Origin: Pirellulales bacterium
GTDB lineage: Bacteria > Planctomycetota > Planctomycetia > Pirellulales > JAEUIK01
Assembly (NCBI GenBank): GCA_050184475.1
Contig: JBFXAH010000008.1
Span: forward strand, 100,533 to 164,532
Length of the DNA: 64,000 nt
Direction: 5' to 3'
Position numbers and translations under genes: made by a program. Below, piece by piece: positions 1-10,055 of the stretch. The notes under the pieces are model-generated. The model searched no databases and was not told where the DNA came from. It was given only the letters and a program-made list of their open reading frames with translations. How positions within the stretch are numbered: position 1 is the stretch's first letter; the number at the start of each line of letters is the position of its first letter.

Positions 1-540
1 CAGGCCGATGGCCGCGCCCCCCCAACTCAGCGGCTGCTGACGTTCGACCAGGTCGTGCGGCTGCGGCGCTTCGGTCGCCTGCGCCGACTCTCCGATGGCA
101 TGGGGCGACTCGCTGGCGTGGGCGGCGTGCCCCACCGTCGCGGCGCGATCGTGTCCCAAATGATGATCGTGGGCATGCCCTTGGCCATGGGCGTGACCAT
201 GATCATGCCCGTGAGTGTGTTCGTGCGCATGGACGTGGCCGTGCGCGGGCGCGTCGTCGGGGACGTCGTGATGATGAAAGGCAAAGAACCGCTCGATGAA
301 GAACATGGCGATAAAGCCGGCCAGGGCCCAAAGCATCACGCGATCGATCGAGCCGAGCTCGACCAGCGCGTGGGGCACCATGTGCAGTAGCCCCACGCCG
401 AGCATCGCGCCGGCGACGAAGCTGATCGCCAACTGCATTCGCTGATGGGTCAACCGCACGACCAGCGGAATCCACCCACCGGCCAGCGAAGCCAGCAGCA
501 CGAGCAGCGAATAGCAGGCCAACAGAACGTATGAAGACAT
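1..540 (-). CDS. ZIP-family divalent metal (Zn) transporter, runs off the window edge
   Basis: Manual translation from ATG at 540 gives MSSYVLLACYSLLVLLASLAGGWIPL...FVAGAMLGVGLLHMVPHA...FFIERFFAFHHHD, then a long His-rich loop. This is typical ZIP architecture. Not in the ORF track. Confidence 0.8.
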   Translation of the reverse strand, partial: MSSYVLLACYSLLVLLASLAGGWIPLVVRLTHQRMQLAISFVAGAMLGVGLLHMVPHALVELGSIDRVMLWALAGFIAMFFIERFFAFHHHDVPDDAPAHGHVHAHEHTHGHDHGHAHGQGHAHDHHLGHDRAATVGHAAHASESPHAIGESAQATEAPQPHDLVERQQPLSWGGAAIGL

Positions 541-749
541 GGTGGGCGGTCTCGGGCGATGCGGTCGAACGCGTGCACGCGCGGCCGACACAAAAGCGGC
601 TACGGACCGACCTCAAAGACGGCTCTCTTGTACGCTGGCGAGCCGGCAAGTGTCAACGGGCGGAACCTGGTCCCGCCCAGCGGTTATCATGCTGACCGCG
701 AACTACTTGTCCGCATCCATGAACAGTCTTCGGCGAGAATCCTGACCCG

Positions 750-1202
750 ATGCGAGCCTGCCTTCAACGTGTTGCCTCCGCGCGTGTCGACGTCGACGGC
801 CGCCGCGTGGGAGAAATCGGCCACGGACTGGTCGTATTATTGGGGGTCGCCGCCGGCGATACGCCGTCCGAAGTCGAGTCGCTCGCCCGCAAGATCGTCG
901 AGCTGCGAATCTTCGACGACGACGCGGGGCGGATGAATCGCAGCGTGCAAGATGTCGCCGGCGGGCTGCTGGTGATCAGCCAGTTCACGCTGTTGGCCGA
1001 CTGTCGTCGCGGACGTCGCCCGAGCTACACCGACGCGGCCGAGCCGAGCGTGGCCGAAGCGCTCTACGAGCAGTTTGTCGAGCGTAGCCGCCAGAGCGTG
1101 CCACACGTGGCCACCGGCGTGTTCCGCGCGCACATGCAAGTTGCGCTCGTCAACGATGGGCCGGTGACGATCGTGCTCGATACCCGAGAACTGGGTGGCT
1201 AA
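750..1202 (+). CDS. dtd: D-aminoacyl-tRNA deacylase
   Basis: MRACLQRV start, ISQFTL and NDGPVT motifs, 150 aa. Confidence 0.95.
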   Translation: MRACLQRVASARVDVDGRRVGEIGHGLVVLLGVAAGDTPSEVESLARKIVELRIFDDDAGRMNRSVQDVAGGLLVISQFTLLADCRRGRRPSYTDAAEPSVAEALYEQFVERSRQSVPHVATGVFRAHMQVALVNDGPVTIVLDTRELGG

Positions 1203-1213
1203 GCGCCGCCGGC

Positions 1214-1984
1214 TCAGCGCTGCGGTTGGCCAAACTGATCGAACGATTCGTCGCGACCGGCGACGTGCTCCAGCGGTCGTGCTGCTGGATCGTCGGGCGA
1301 TTCGGGCGCGGCGATCTGATGATCGTGATTGAACAGTTGTTGTTGCCAGCCCGTGCCGTTGGGGTTCTCGACGACCATGTAACCCAGAAGCCCGACCAGG
1401 CTGTAGGTAAACAAATTCGGCCCCCAGCTATCTCCCCAGAATTTGAGAGCCGTGCCGAACGAGCTCTTGAGCCGCGGCAGACCGTGCCGGAGATCAACGC
1501 TCCAAATCTCGTCGAGCACCAGGTGCGACATGAAGCCCGCCATCACGGCGCCGGCCTTGAACAGCCGCATCGACACCGACTCCGACTCGCAAAGCAGGTA
1601 AGTGATTTCTCCGGCGACCAAACAGGCCGGCAAGCTGTGGAACATCCCGCGGTGCACGGTCAGCATCTTGAGAAGCGGCGTCATGCCGAAGCGAATCGCC
1701 GCATAAACCGTGATGCCCGCCAGCGCGATGCTATCGTGCGACCAGCCTTGCATGACCAAGTGATGGATCAACAGCATCGGCACGACGCTGGCAGTGAAGC
1801 CGATCGTTTCGCGCAATGGCCGGCCCGAGTCGCTGTCGAGATCGGGCAACATGCCCGACACACCGCACAGCGCGGCGCTTAAACACGAAACGCCGATCGG
1901 CACCTGGTACTGCAAATGGGCCACTGCGCCGTAGCCGATACCGACCAGGCTGCTGGTGGTGACGTGCGTTTTGAAGCCGGCCAT
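1214..1984 (-). CDS. Membrane-bound metal-dependent hydrolase (YdjM/DUF457-like)
   Basis: MAGFKTH, LPDLD, HRGMFHS and SHLVLD motifs with TM segments. Confidence 0.8.
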   Translation of the reverse strand: MAGFKTHVTTSSLVGIGYGAVAHLQYQVPIGVSCLSAALCGVSGMLPDLDSDSGRPLRETIGFTASVVPMLLIHHLVMQGWSHDSIALAGITVYAAIRFGMTPLLKMLTVHRGMFHSLPACLVAGEITYLLCESESVSMRLFKAGAVMAGFMSHLVLDEIWSVDLRHGLPRLKSSFGTALKFWGDSWGPNLFTYSLVGLLGYMVVENPNGTGWQQQLFNHDHQIAAPESPDDPAARPLEHVAGRDESFDQFGQPQR

Positions 1985-2277
1985 GGGAGGTCCATCTCCT
2001 TGGGAAAGCGCGCTGATGTCGCGGCTCTTGGGCGCGCGGGGGCCGCGGAGTCGGGGAAATCTAATTGAGGGGGCGGCGACGCTCCAAGACCATTACGCCG
2101 GGTGTGCTCGATTGACCATCGCCCGGTCGCGGCCCCATAACCGCTGCCAGGCGGCCGGTCTACCCTGCCCTTCGTCGGTTGTCGGGGCGAAGCTATACTT
2201 CCGCACCCCCTTCCCACGGCCAAACGGGGGTGCTGGCAGCGGGGTGGATTTGGCCTGAAACCGCGTGCGGTGATTCG

Positions 2278-2844
2278 ATGCAGGTTTACGACATCATCAT
2301 GCTGGCAGTGCTAGCAGTCACGACCCTCTATGGCTTTTACCGCGGCATGGCCTGGCAGATCGCCTCGCTGGCCTCGCTGGTCGCCAGCTACTTTGTGTCG
2401 CTGCATTTCAGCCCGCAGTTGGCCCCGCTGTTCGGCCGCCAGGCGCCGCTGAACCGGTTCGCCGCCATGTTGGCGATTTATCTGGGGACTTCGCTGGCGA
2501 TTTGGCTGGTGTTTCGGCTGGTCCGGCAACTGATCGACCGCGTCCGGCTCACCGAATTCGACCGCCAGGCGGGGGCCTTATTCGGCGCAGCCAAGGGGGT
2601 GTTGCTCTGTCTGGCGGTGACGTTTTTTGCCCTCTCGCTATCGGCCAAAGCGCGCGAGTCGATCTTGAGCTCGCACTCGGGCTACTACATCGCGCGGCTG
2701 CTCGATCAGGCCGAGGCGATCATGCCCCCGGAACTGCACCAGGTGCTCAATCCATACCTGCGACGGTTCGACGACCTGGACGAGGCCAAGCCCGGTGCCC
2801 CGCGCGCCGCGCGTAGGCCGCTGCCGGGCCGCGCCAGATCTTAA
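2278..2844 (+). CDS. CvpA (colicin V production) family membrane protein
   Basis: MQVYDIIMLAV...GFYRG and DRQAGALFGAAKG motifs; start taken at ATG 2278. Confidence 0.85.
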   Translation: MQVYDIIMLAVLAVTTLYGFYRGMAWQIASLASLVASYFVSLHFSPQLAPLFGRQAPLNRFAAMLAIYLGTSLAIWLVFRLVRQLIDRVRLTEFDRQAGALFGAAKGVLLCLAVTFFALSLSAKARESILSSHSGYYIARLLDQAEAIMPPELHQVLNPYLRRFDDLDEAKPGAPRAARRPLPGRARS

Positions 2845-3282
2845 TGATCGTGTCGCGCCGGCGGCACGGCGATCGACCCGTTGCCGCCGATCGGCCGACC
2901 CCCCTACAAACGGCACAGAGCAACCACGGTGGGGAAGGGACGCGACTGGCTTTGCACGGGTCCGGCCGTCGCCCCACGGCTTGCTGCTCTCGTCGGAGAC
3001 CCTCGCGCGACGTCGCGACCGACGCTTCATCGGCAGCCTCGAACGGCCGTTCGACAGAGCCGTCGCCCTTGACGGCAGTGCTCCGCGTGAGGATTCTGGA
3101 ACGCTCGCGCGGGCCGTCGCAGGGGCGTGTTTCGACGCGCCGCCGTGCAGGCGACTGAACGATGCCAGTCGCGGTCTGGCCGCCGAGAGCGGGGGGCAGC
3201 GCCGCGCGCGAGCAGCGACTATGTCACGGCGTTTTTTCTCGCCAAACCGAACATAAGAAACATTATCGGACGTTGCTCAGCG

Positions 3283-4068
3283 ATGTTTGCAGGCAAGAAA
3301 GTCGTCGTCGTGATGCCGGCCTACAACGCCGCGCAGACCCTCAAGCAGACCTACGAAGAGGTCATGGCCCAGGGCGTTGTCGATCGTGTGATCGTCGTCG
3401 ACGACGCCAGCCGCGATGAAACCGTGGCCATCGCCCAGGCCCTCCCCGACGTGCGCGTTCATCGCCATCCGCAGAATCGGGGGTACGGCGGCAATCAGAA
3501 AAGTTGCTACCGGCTGGCGCTCGAGGAGGGCGCCGACATCGTGATCATGGTTCATCCCGACTATCAGTACACGCCCAAGCTCATCCCGGCGATGGTGTCG
3601 CTGATCGGCAACGATTTGTATCCGTGCGTGCTCGGCTCGCGGATTCTGGGGGGGCACGCGCTGGCCGGCGGCATGCCGATTTGGAAGTACGTCGCCAACC
3701 GCTTTCTGACCGCCGCCGAAAACCTGCTCCTGGGAGCCAAGCTGTCCGAGTACCACACCGGCTATCGGGCCTTCCACCGCAGGTTGCTCGAGGAGCTGCC
3801 GCTAGACCAGAATTCCGACGATTTTGTCTTCGACAACCAGATGCTGGCCCAGATCTTCTGGTACGGCCACCAGATCGCCGAGGTCAGTTGCCCGACCAAG
3901 TACTTTCCCGAGGCCTCGTCGATCAACTTCCGCCGCAGCACGACCTACGGGCTGGGGTGCCTGGCGACGGCCGCGAAGTTCCGGCTGGCCAAGTGGGGGC
4001 TGATCCGCCCCAAGCTGTTCCCCCGGCGCCCCAATCGCGTCGAGCCGGCCATGACGGCCGCGAAGTAA
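3283..4068 (+). CDS. Glycosyltransferase family 2 (DPM1-like)
   Basis: VVMPAYN, VDDAS.D, NRGYGG, HPDYQY and GYRAF motifs; start at ATG 3283. Confidence 0.9.
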   Translation: MFAGKKVVVVMPAYNAAQTLKQTYEEVMAQGVVDRVIVVDDASRDETVAIAQALPDVRVHRHPQNRGYGGNQKSCYRLALEEGADIVIMVHPDYQYTPKLIPAMVSLIGNDLYPCVLGSRILGGHALAGGMPIWKYVANRFLTAAENLLLGAKLSEYHTGYRAFHRRLLEELPLDQNSDDFVFDNQMLAQIFWYGHQIAEVSCPTKYFPEASSINFRRSTTYGLGCLATAAKFRLAKWGLIRPKLFPRRPNRVEPAMTAAK

Positions 4069-4110
4069 CCGCCGCTGCGCAAGGCCAGCCAGCGGCGCGA
4101 TGCCGGAACC

Positions 4111-5139
4111 TTACCGCGTGATGGTCGCCGGTGCCTCGACGGGTGGCGCCGCGTCGGCTGGTTCGAGCGCCGCATCCCGGCCTTCGAGAAAGACCCCCAT
4201 GCGGCGGAACTTGTCGTAGCGCCGCTCGAGCAGTTGGTCAATCGGCTGGCCGACGAGCTCGCGTAGCGCGCCGACCAGGTACATCTTCAAGCGGTTGGCC
4301 ATCTGATGGTGATCGCGGTGCGCGGCTCCCAGCGGTTCGGCGATGACGTCGTCGACCACGCCTAGCGAGAGCAGATCTTTCGACGTGAACCGCAACGCGC
4401 GGGCCGCTTGCTCGGCATAGGCGCCGCTCTTCCACAAGATGCCCGAGCAGCCTTCGGGGCTGATGACCGAGTAATAGGCGAACTCGAGCATGGCGACCTT
4501 GTCGCCGATGCCGATGGCCAAAGCGCCCCCCGAGCCCCCTTCGCCGATGACCACGCAGATCACAGGCGTCTGCAGTCGCGACATCTCGAACATGCTCTCG
4601 GCGATTACGCGGGCCTGGCCGCGTTCTTCGGCGCCGATGCCTGGATACGCGCCACCCGTGTCGATGAACGCGATGACCGGCATGCCGAACTTGGCGGCCA
4701 GGTGCATCTTCGACATCGCCTTGCGATAGCCTTCGGGATGGGCGCAACCGTAGTTGCAGGCGGTGCGCTCCTTGAGGTTTTTGCCTTTCTCGTGACCGAT
4801 GAACAGCACTTTGTATTCGTCGAGCTTGGCGAATCCGGTGCGGAGCGCCCGGTCGTCGCCGAACGCCTTGTCGCCGTGCAACTCGACGAACTCATCGAAC
4901 ATCAGGTGCAGGTAGTCGGTGGTCTTCGGCCGGTCCTGGTGCCGCGCGACTTGCACCACCTGCCATGGCAGCAGCTCGCTGTAGACTTTTCGCGTCAGCT
5001 CGGCCGTCTCGCGGCGCAGCCGGCGGATTTCTTCGCGAACTTCGGGAGATTGTTCCGCCGTGGCTTCGAGCTTGGTCAAGCGCTCTTCGAGTTCGGCGAT
5101 CGGTCGCTCGAAGGCCAGGCCGAGTTTGGATGGGGCCAT
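4111..5139 (-). CDS. accA: Acetyl-CoA carboxylase carboxyltransferase alpha subunit
   Basis: ELHGD, PEGYRKA, GAYPGIGAEERGQ, GEGGSGGA and YSVISPEG motifs. Confidence 0.97.
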   Translation of the reverse strand: MAPSKLGLAFERPIAELEERLTKLEATAEQSPEVREEIRRLRRETAELTRKVYSELLPWQVVQVARHQDRPKTTDYLHLMFDEFVELHGDKAFGDDRALRTGFAKLDEYKVLFIGHEKGKNLKERTACNYGCAHPEGYRKAMSKMHLAAKFGMPVIAFIDTGGAYPGIGAEERGQARVIAESMFEMSRLQTPVICVVIGEGGSGGALAIGIGDKVAMLEFAYYSVISPEGCSGILWKSGAYAEQAARALRFTSKDLLSLGVVDDVIAEPLGAAHRDHHQMANRLKMYLVGALRELVGQPIDQLLERRYDKFRRMGVFLEGRDAALEPADAAPPVEAPATITR

Positions 5140-5649
5140 AGTGGTGTTGATCCGCTATCGGTTGACGTCGCCAAGCTCGCATCGCTGCTGCGGCGGGCAC
5201 GTCGGGTTGGTGTTTTCGGTTTGACTTTGTTCGGCGGGCGCCGTGATCGAATCGTGTACCGCCTCCAAAGACTTCGTCGCCTGCGGGGGCGAAGCGGTCA
5301 CATGGCCGCTGGTCGCGCGGGCTTTGGTCGCATGGCTTGGCGGCCGGGGGCTATCGCTCTGCGGCGTGAAAACGCGTTATCTGTTACTACTTAAGCAAAT
5401 AGGTGGGAGTTTCGGCGAGATCAATTTGGCGGGCGGGAAGTTCATTGGAACTGGTTGCGCCACCAGCCGGGCGCAGCGGGCGATTTGCTCCGCAGCCCTT
5501 TACTATAGTACGGGCCGGCAGTCGAGTCTCCAGACCGATCCTCAGACAGTGTGGCTATCCAATAGCATCGGTCGAACGGGGCCAGTGATCTGCAAATTCC
5601 CCGGCGACTCCGCCGGGCCAGTTGCTAGCATCCATTTGCTAGCAACGCT

Positions 5650-6516
5650 TTAGGCGCTGGCCGCCTGCGGCGGGCGGGGTGTCTGCTTAAAGACCCGCAG
5701 CGAACGGAATTCCTGCAAAAACTGCTCCATCGAGTCGGGTCGCTTGTCGGGCTGCTTGGCCAGCATCCGGGTGATCAGGGCCGCGAATTCGGGCGTTACG
5801 TTACGGTTGGCTGCATCGGCCGACGGCGGGGGCGCGGCGAGGTGCTTGTTCAACAGCTCGTTGGAGCTGCCACCAGTGAACGGAGGTTTACCTGCTAGCA
5901 GTTCGAAAATCGTGCAGCCGAAGCTGTAGACGTCGGCCCGCTGATCGAGCGGTTTGGCCCGAATCTGCTCGGGCGACATGTAGCTGCGCGTCCCCTGGAC
6001 TTTCGATCTTCCGGCAAACAGCTTTGCCAGACCGCTCTTGCGCTTCTCGGCCAGGGCAAAGTCGATCAGCCGCACGTCTCCCTTGGACGTGACGAGAAAA
6101 TTCTCGGGCTTCACATCGCGGTGAATCCAGCCGCAATCGTTGAAGTAGGCGAGTCCCTCGGCCGCCTGCTCGACAATCTTGGGAACCAGCCAGGCCCAAC
6201 TGTCGCCGCCACGGCGGATCAGCGTTTTCATGTTCGGGTGCGGAAAGAACTCCATAATCAGAAACGGAATTCCGCGGAAGTTATTGTACTCGTCGATGCG
6301 AATCACGCGCGGATGCCGCAAGCTGGCGCCGACCGCAGCCTCGTGCTTCATATAGCCGATATGCTCGCGGTCCTGCCGCTGATCGGGCAACAGCATCTTC
6401 AGCGCGCAACGCTCTTGCTTGGCGTCGTGCATGACTTCCCACACCTGGCTCGACTGACCGGTCATGACCAGGTTCAGCAGCCGGTAGGGCCCGATCTTGT
6501 CTTGTACCGTTGACAC
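5650..6516 (-). CDS. Hanks-type Ser/Thr protein kinase, single domain, cytoplasmic
   Basis: ALK, HRDVKPEN, DFA, GTRSYMSPEQ and DVYSFG motifs; start uncertain (GTG 6516 assumed). Confidence 0.9.
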   Translation of the reverse strand: MSTVQDKIGPYRLLNLVMTGQSSQVWEVMHDAKQERCALKMLLPDQRQDREHIGYMKHEAAVGASLRHPRVIRIDEYNNFRGIPFLIMEFFPHPNMKTLIRRGGDSWAWLVPKIVEQAAEGLAYFNDCGWIHRDVKPENFLVTSKGDVRLIDFALAEKRKSGLAKLFAGRSKVQGTRSYMSPEQIRAKPLDQRADVYSFGCTIFELLAGKPPFTGGSSNELLNKHLAAPPPSADAANRNVTPEFAALITRMLAKQPDKRPDSMEQFLQEFRSLRVFKQTPRPPQAASA

Positions 6517-6861
6517 AACAAAAGCCGCGCTGGGAAGGGAATGCTTGCGGTGAACGGCTCGTAGGCGGGTGGGTGGTGCGAGCCGTCGAACTAAGGAGAT
6601 TCTGAGCCGAGACGTTATTTTATTCACCTGCGCGATGGCCAACAACGATTTCGCCCCCCCGGCCCGGGAGTGTCTCGCCGTGGCGGGAGTGCTGAGCGGG
6701 AGCTCTCGATTCGCCCTGGGCCCGGTCATCGGTCACTTCGAGCCCCCCCTGCCCTGCCCCGGTCCATTGCCCGCGGTTTCGGCGTCGACTACAACGACGC
6801 GAACTTTGGCCTATCCCCTGCCGTGCTGGCCAGGAACCGACCCGCGAGTGAGAAGCCACGC

Positions 6862-7881
6862 ATGCCCGAGCGTATGAAAGCCGCGCACATCGTCTCCCCG
6901 CGGCGGCTGGAAATTGTCGACGTGCCGGTTCCCAACCTGGACGAAATCCCTGGCGAACCGATCCTGGTGAAGCTGCACGCCGGCGTGCTCTGTGCATCGG
7001 ACTTTCCGCGCTGGCAAGGGGGCGCGTTCAACGTCACCTTTCCGCGGCCGGTGGGCGATAGCCTGCACGAATGCGTCGGCGAAGTGGTCGCCAGCCGCTC
7101 TCCCAAGTTTCGCCCCGGCGATCTCACGCTGGCGATCCCGCCCGATCAGCGCGGGCTGAGCGAATTGTTCGTGGCCGACGGCTCGATGGCGGTGCCGCTT
7201 CCGGTGGTCCCCGGCTTTCCGCGCGAGCGGCTGATCTTGGGGCAACCGCTGGGAACGATCCTCTGGGCGGCGCGCAAGCTCCCCAATTTGCTGGGCCTCG
7301 ACGTGGCGGTCGTCGGCCAGGGGCCGATCGGACTGATGTTCGATCACTTGCTGGCCAACATGGGCGCGCGGCGCGTCATCGCGCTCGACAGGATCGAACA
7401 CCGCCTACAGGTGGCGCGCAGGATGAAAGCCACGCACTCGGTGAACGTCGGCGACGGCGATCCGGTCGCGGCCGTGCGCGAAATCACCGACGGTCTCGGC
7501 GCCGACGTGGTGGTCGAAGCGGTCGGCCATCAGGTCGAATCGGTCCACCTGGCGATCTCGCTGGTCCGCAAGCACGGCACCGTGTTGGCGTTCGGCGTCC
7601 CCGACGAGCAGTTCTACCCGCTCCCGGTGTGGGACCTAATGCTGCAGAACATTCGCTTCATCTCTTCGATCCACCCGCAAGTGGAGCGCGACTTACCGCT
7701 GGCGTTGGCGATGATCTTGGAAGGTCGCATGGACGTCGCGCCGCTGGTCACGCATCAATTCGCCTTCGAGCAATCGCAGGCGGCCTTTGAGCTGGCGGTC
7801 GAGCGGCGCGACAATCCGATCAAGGTGTTGCTGACGAGCGACACTTCGAGCTGGGAGAAGCAGCCGGAGCTAAATCCTTAG
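6862..7881 (+). CDS. Zn-dependent medium-chain dehydrogenase/reductase
   Basis: GVLCASD, LHECVGEV, GQGPIG Rossmann motif, GADVVVEAVG. Confidence 0.85.
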   Translation: MPERMKAAHIVSPRRLEIVDVPVPNLDEIPGEPILVKLHAGVLCASDFPRWQGGAFNVTFPRPVGDSLHECVGEVVASRSPKFRPGDLTLAIPPDQRGLSELFVADGSMAVPLPVVPGFPRERLILGQPLGTILWAARKLPNLLGLDVAVVGQGPIGLMFDHLLANMGARRVIALDRIEHRLQVARRMKATHSVNVGDGDPVAAVREITDGLGADVVVEAVGHQVESVHLAISLVRKHGTVLAFGVPDEQFYPLPVWDLMLQNIRFISSIHPQVERDLPLALAMILEGRMDVAPLVTHQFAFEQSQAAFELAVERRDNPIKVLLTSDTSSWEKQPELNP

Positions 7882-9075
7882 CTCACGCGCGCGGTCTTCG
7901 CCACTTCGCCCCCCCCTGCCCTGCCCCAGCACGCGCTCGTATACCCGGCGAATTTCCCGCGTCATGTGCAAGTGATCGAAGCGCTGTCGGCAGCGCTCGC
8001 GCCCCGCGCTGCCCAAACGCTCGCGCAGCGCCGGGTCGGCCGCCAGATCGACGATCGCCCCGGCCAGCGGTTCGACCGACTGCGGCGGCAACAAGTAGCC
8101 GGTCTCGCCAGGCAACACCACTTCGCGCGCGCCGTCGATGTCGTAGCTCACCACCGGTTTGCCGGCCAGCAGCGCTTGAGGCAACGTGCGCGCGAGCCCT
8201 TCGCGCAAACTCGTATGGACAAGCAGGTCCATGGCCCCCAGGTAAGCGGGTATCTCCGTCGGCGGCACCAGGCCGGCGAAGCAGAACTTGTCGGCCAGCC
8301 CGCGGCGGGCGATTTCGGCCGTGAGCTGATCGCGCAAGATGCCGTCGCCGACCAGCAGAAACCGCACGCGCGGATCGCGCGCGACCACTTGCTCGGCAGC
8401 CGCGATCAGGTACTCGTGCCCTTTGAGATGAAACAGGCGGGCGATCTTGCCCACCACGACATGCTCGGGGGCGTAGCCGAGTCGCGCCCGCATGGCGGCG
8501 CGATGATCGTCGGCTGCCAGGAAGGGCTCGATCTCCATGCCACTGTAGATCGTCGTAAAGCGGTCGCGCGGCGCCACGTCGGCGGCGACCATCAAGTCGG
8601 TCATGGCGTCTGCCACCGAGATGAAGGCGTCGGTGCGCCCCGCCGCCCACCGTTCGCAAGCTTGATAGAAGCGGCGCGACGCCGCGCCCTGATAGGCGTG
8701 CCACGGCGCGCCATGCACCGTGTGCACGATCGCCGGCACGCCGAGCGCGCGGGCTGCCGCGCGCCCCAGAATTCCACCTTTGGCACTGTGCGTGTGGACG
8801 ACTTGCGGGCGGAACTTGTCCAGAGCCTTCTTCAGGTGGCGATACGCCGTGGCGTCGCGCAGCGGATGAATTGCGCGGCGCAGCTCGGGAATAATCTCTG
8901 TCGGCACCTGCCGGGCCGCGGCGCGCTCGAGCAAACTCCCTTCGGGCCCGAGCGGAGGGCCGGTCACCAGTAGCACGTCGTCGCCATGCTCTCGCAGCAG
9001 ATCTTCGCAGTTGAGCAGCGTATTTTCCTGCGCTCCGCCGAGAATCAATCGCGTGATGACGTGAGCGATCCGCAT
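7870..9075 (-). CDS. Glycosyltransferase family 4
   Basis: HVITRLILGGAQ, HTHSAKGG, KGHE and EGL...QAL..GKPVV motifs. Confidence 0.9.
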   Translation of the reverse strand: MRIAHVITRLILGGAQENTLLNCEDLLREHGDDVLLVTGPPLGPEGSLLERAAARQVPTEIIPELRRAIHPLRDATAYRHLKKALDKFRPQVVHTHSAKGGILGRAAARALGVPAIVHTVHGAPWHAYQGAASRRFYQACERWAAGRTDAFISVADAMTDLMVAADVAPRDRFTTIYSGMEIEPFLAADDHRAAMRARLGYAPEHVVVGKIARLFHLKGHEYLIAAAEQVVARDPRVRFLLVGDGILRDQLTAEIARRGLADKFCFAGLVPPTEIPAYLGAMDLLVHTSLREGLARTLPQALLAGKPVVSYDIDGAREVVLPGETGYLLPPQSVEPLAGAIVDLAADPALRERLGSAGRERCRQRFDHLHMTREIRRVYERVLGQGRGGRSGEDRARELRI

Positions 9076-9079
9076 GGTG

Positions 9080-10012
9080 TTATTTTAGTTCCCCCTCACC
9101 CCCAACCCCTCTCCCACCAGGGGAGAGGGGAGAATCCGTGATGTCTGGAACGTCTGCACCCCCCTGCCCTGCCCCGTCGCCAGTCGGCTGTTCGTAGTCG
9201 ACGCGCAGCAGGAATAGTCCCTGGGGGGGCGCCGTGGGTCCGGCCGCGCGGCGATCGAGCGCGGCCAGCGCCTCGGCCGGCCAGTCGATCGGCCGTGCGC
9301 CGCGCCCGACTTCGACCAGTGTGCCGACGATCGCGCGGACCATGTTGTAGAGAAAACCGTCGGCCTCGATCTCGATCGTGATCAGCCGCCCTTCATCGCC
9401 GGTGGCCAGTTTCAAGGGCAACACGTCGCGGGCCGTGACCTCATGGGCGGCACGGGAGCGACCCCCCTGCCCTGCCCCGCCGCGCTCGACCGACAATGCG
9501 AAGACCGTGCGGACACTGGTTTGCTTGTTCGGCCAGTGCGATTCGAAACTGCGAAAGTCATGTCGGCCGATGAGCGGTTGTGCCGCCGCGCGCATGGCGT
9601 GGACGTTCAATTGGCCGAAGACGTGCCAGGCGTAGTGTCGCGCGAAGATGTCGCGCACCGGCCCGTCGTAAAGCAGATAGCGATAGCGCTTGCGGACCGC
9701 GTCGCGAATCGCGTGAAAGCCGGACGGGGCATCTTCGACGTCGCGCACCACGATATCGGCCGGTAGCCGCGCGTTCAGGGCCGAGCGAACGGCGTCGACG
9801 CCGAGTTGCGAATTCGTCTCGACGCTGACGACTTGCCCCAGTGCGTGCACTCCAGCGTCGGTCCGGCCGCTGGCAGCGGTGCGCACGGTCTCGCCGGTGA
9901 CCTGCTGCCAGGCGGTTTCGAGCGCGGCTTGCACGGTCGGCTGGTCCGGTTGCACTTGCCAGCCGGCGTAGGCCGTGCCGTCGTAGGCCAGCACTAGCTT
10001 GAGCGTGCGCAT
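9080..10012 (-). CDS. truA: tRNA pseudouridine(38-40) synthase
   Basis: YDGTAYAGWQ, GRTDAGVHA, FLYNMVR and TAPPQGL motifs; start at ATG 10012. Confidence 0.96.
   Translation of the reverse strand: MRTLKLVLAYDGTAYAGWQVQPDQPTVQAALETAWQQVTGETVRTAASGRTDAGVHALGQVVSVETNSQLGVDAVRSALNARLPADIVVRDVEDAPSGFHAIRDAVRKRYRYLLYDGPVRDIFARHYAWHVFGQLNVHAMRAAAQPLIGRHDFRSFESHWPNKQTSVRTVFALSVERGGAGQGGRSRAAHEVTARDVLPLKLATGDEGRLITIEIEADGFLYNMVRAIVGTLVEVGRGARPIDWPAEALAALDRRAAGPTAPPQGLFLLRVDYEQPTGDGAGQGGADVPDITDSPLSPGGRGVGGEGELK
9091..9131. repeat. Palindromic REP-like element inside the 3' end of truA
   Basis: Perfect 10-bp stem CCCCTCTCCC-accag-GGGAGAGGGG (9106-9130), preceded by CCCTCACCCCCAAC; translated as SPLSPGGRGVGGEG. 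Confidence 0.7.
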
Positions 10013-10055
10013 AGTGAGAAGTTCGACGGACGTCGGCAGCGCTATCGGCGGTGGG

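Noticed and set aside
5140-5649. Small ORF or leader between the kinase and accA
   Set aside because: Candidate ORFs lack an RBS or protein-like composition, and no clear structure was seen.
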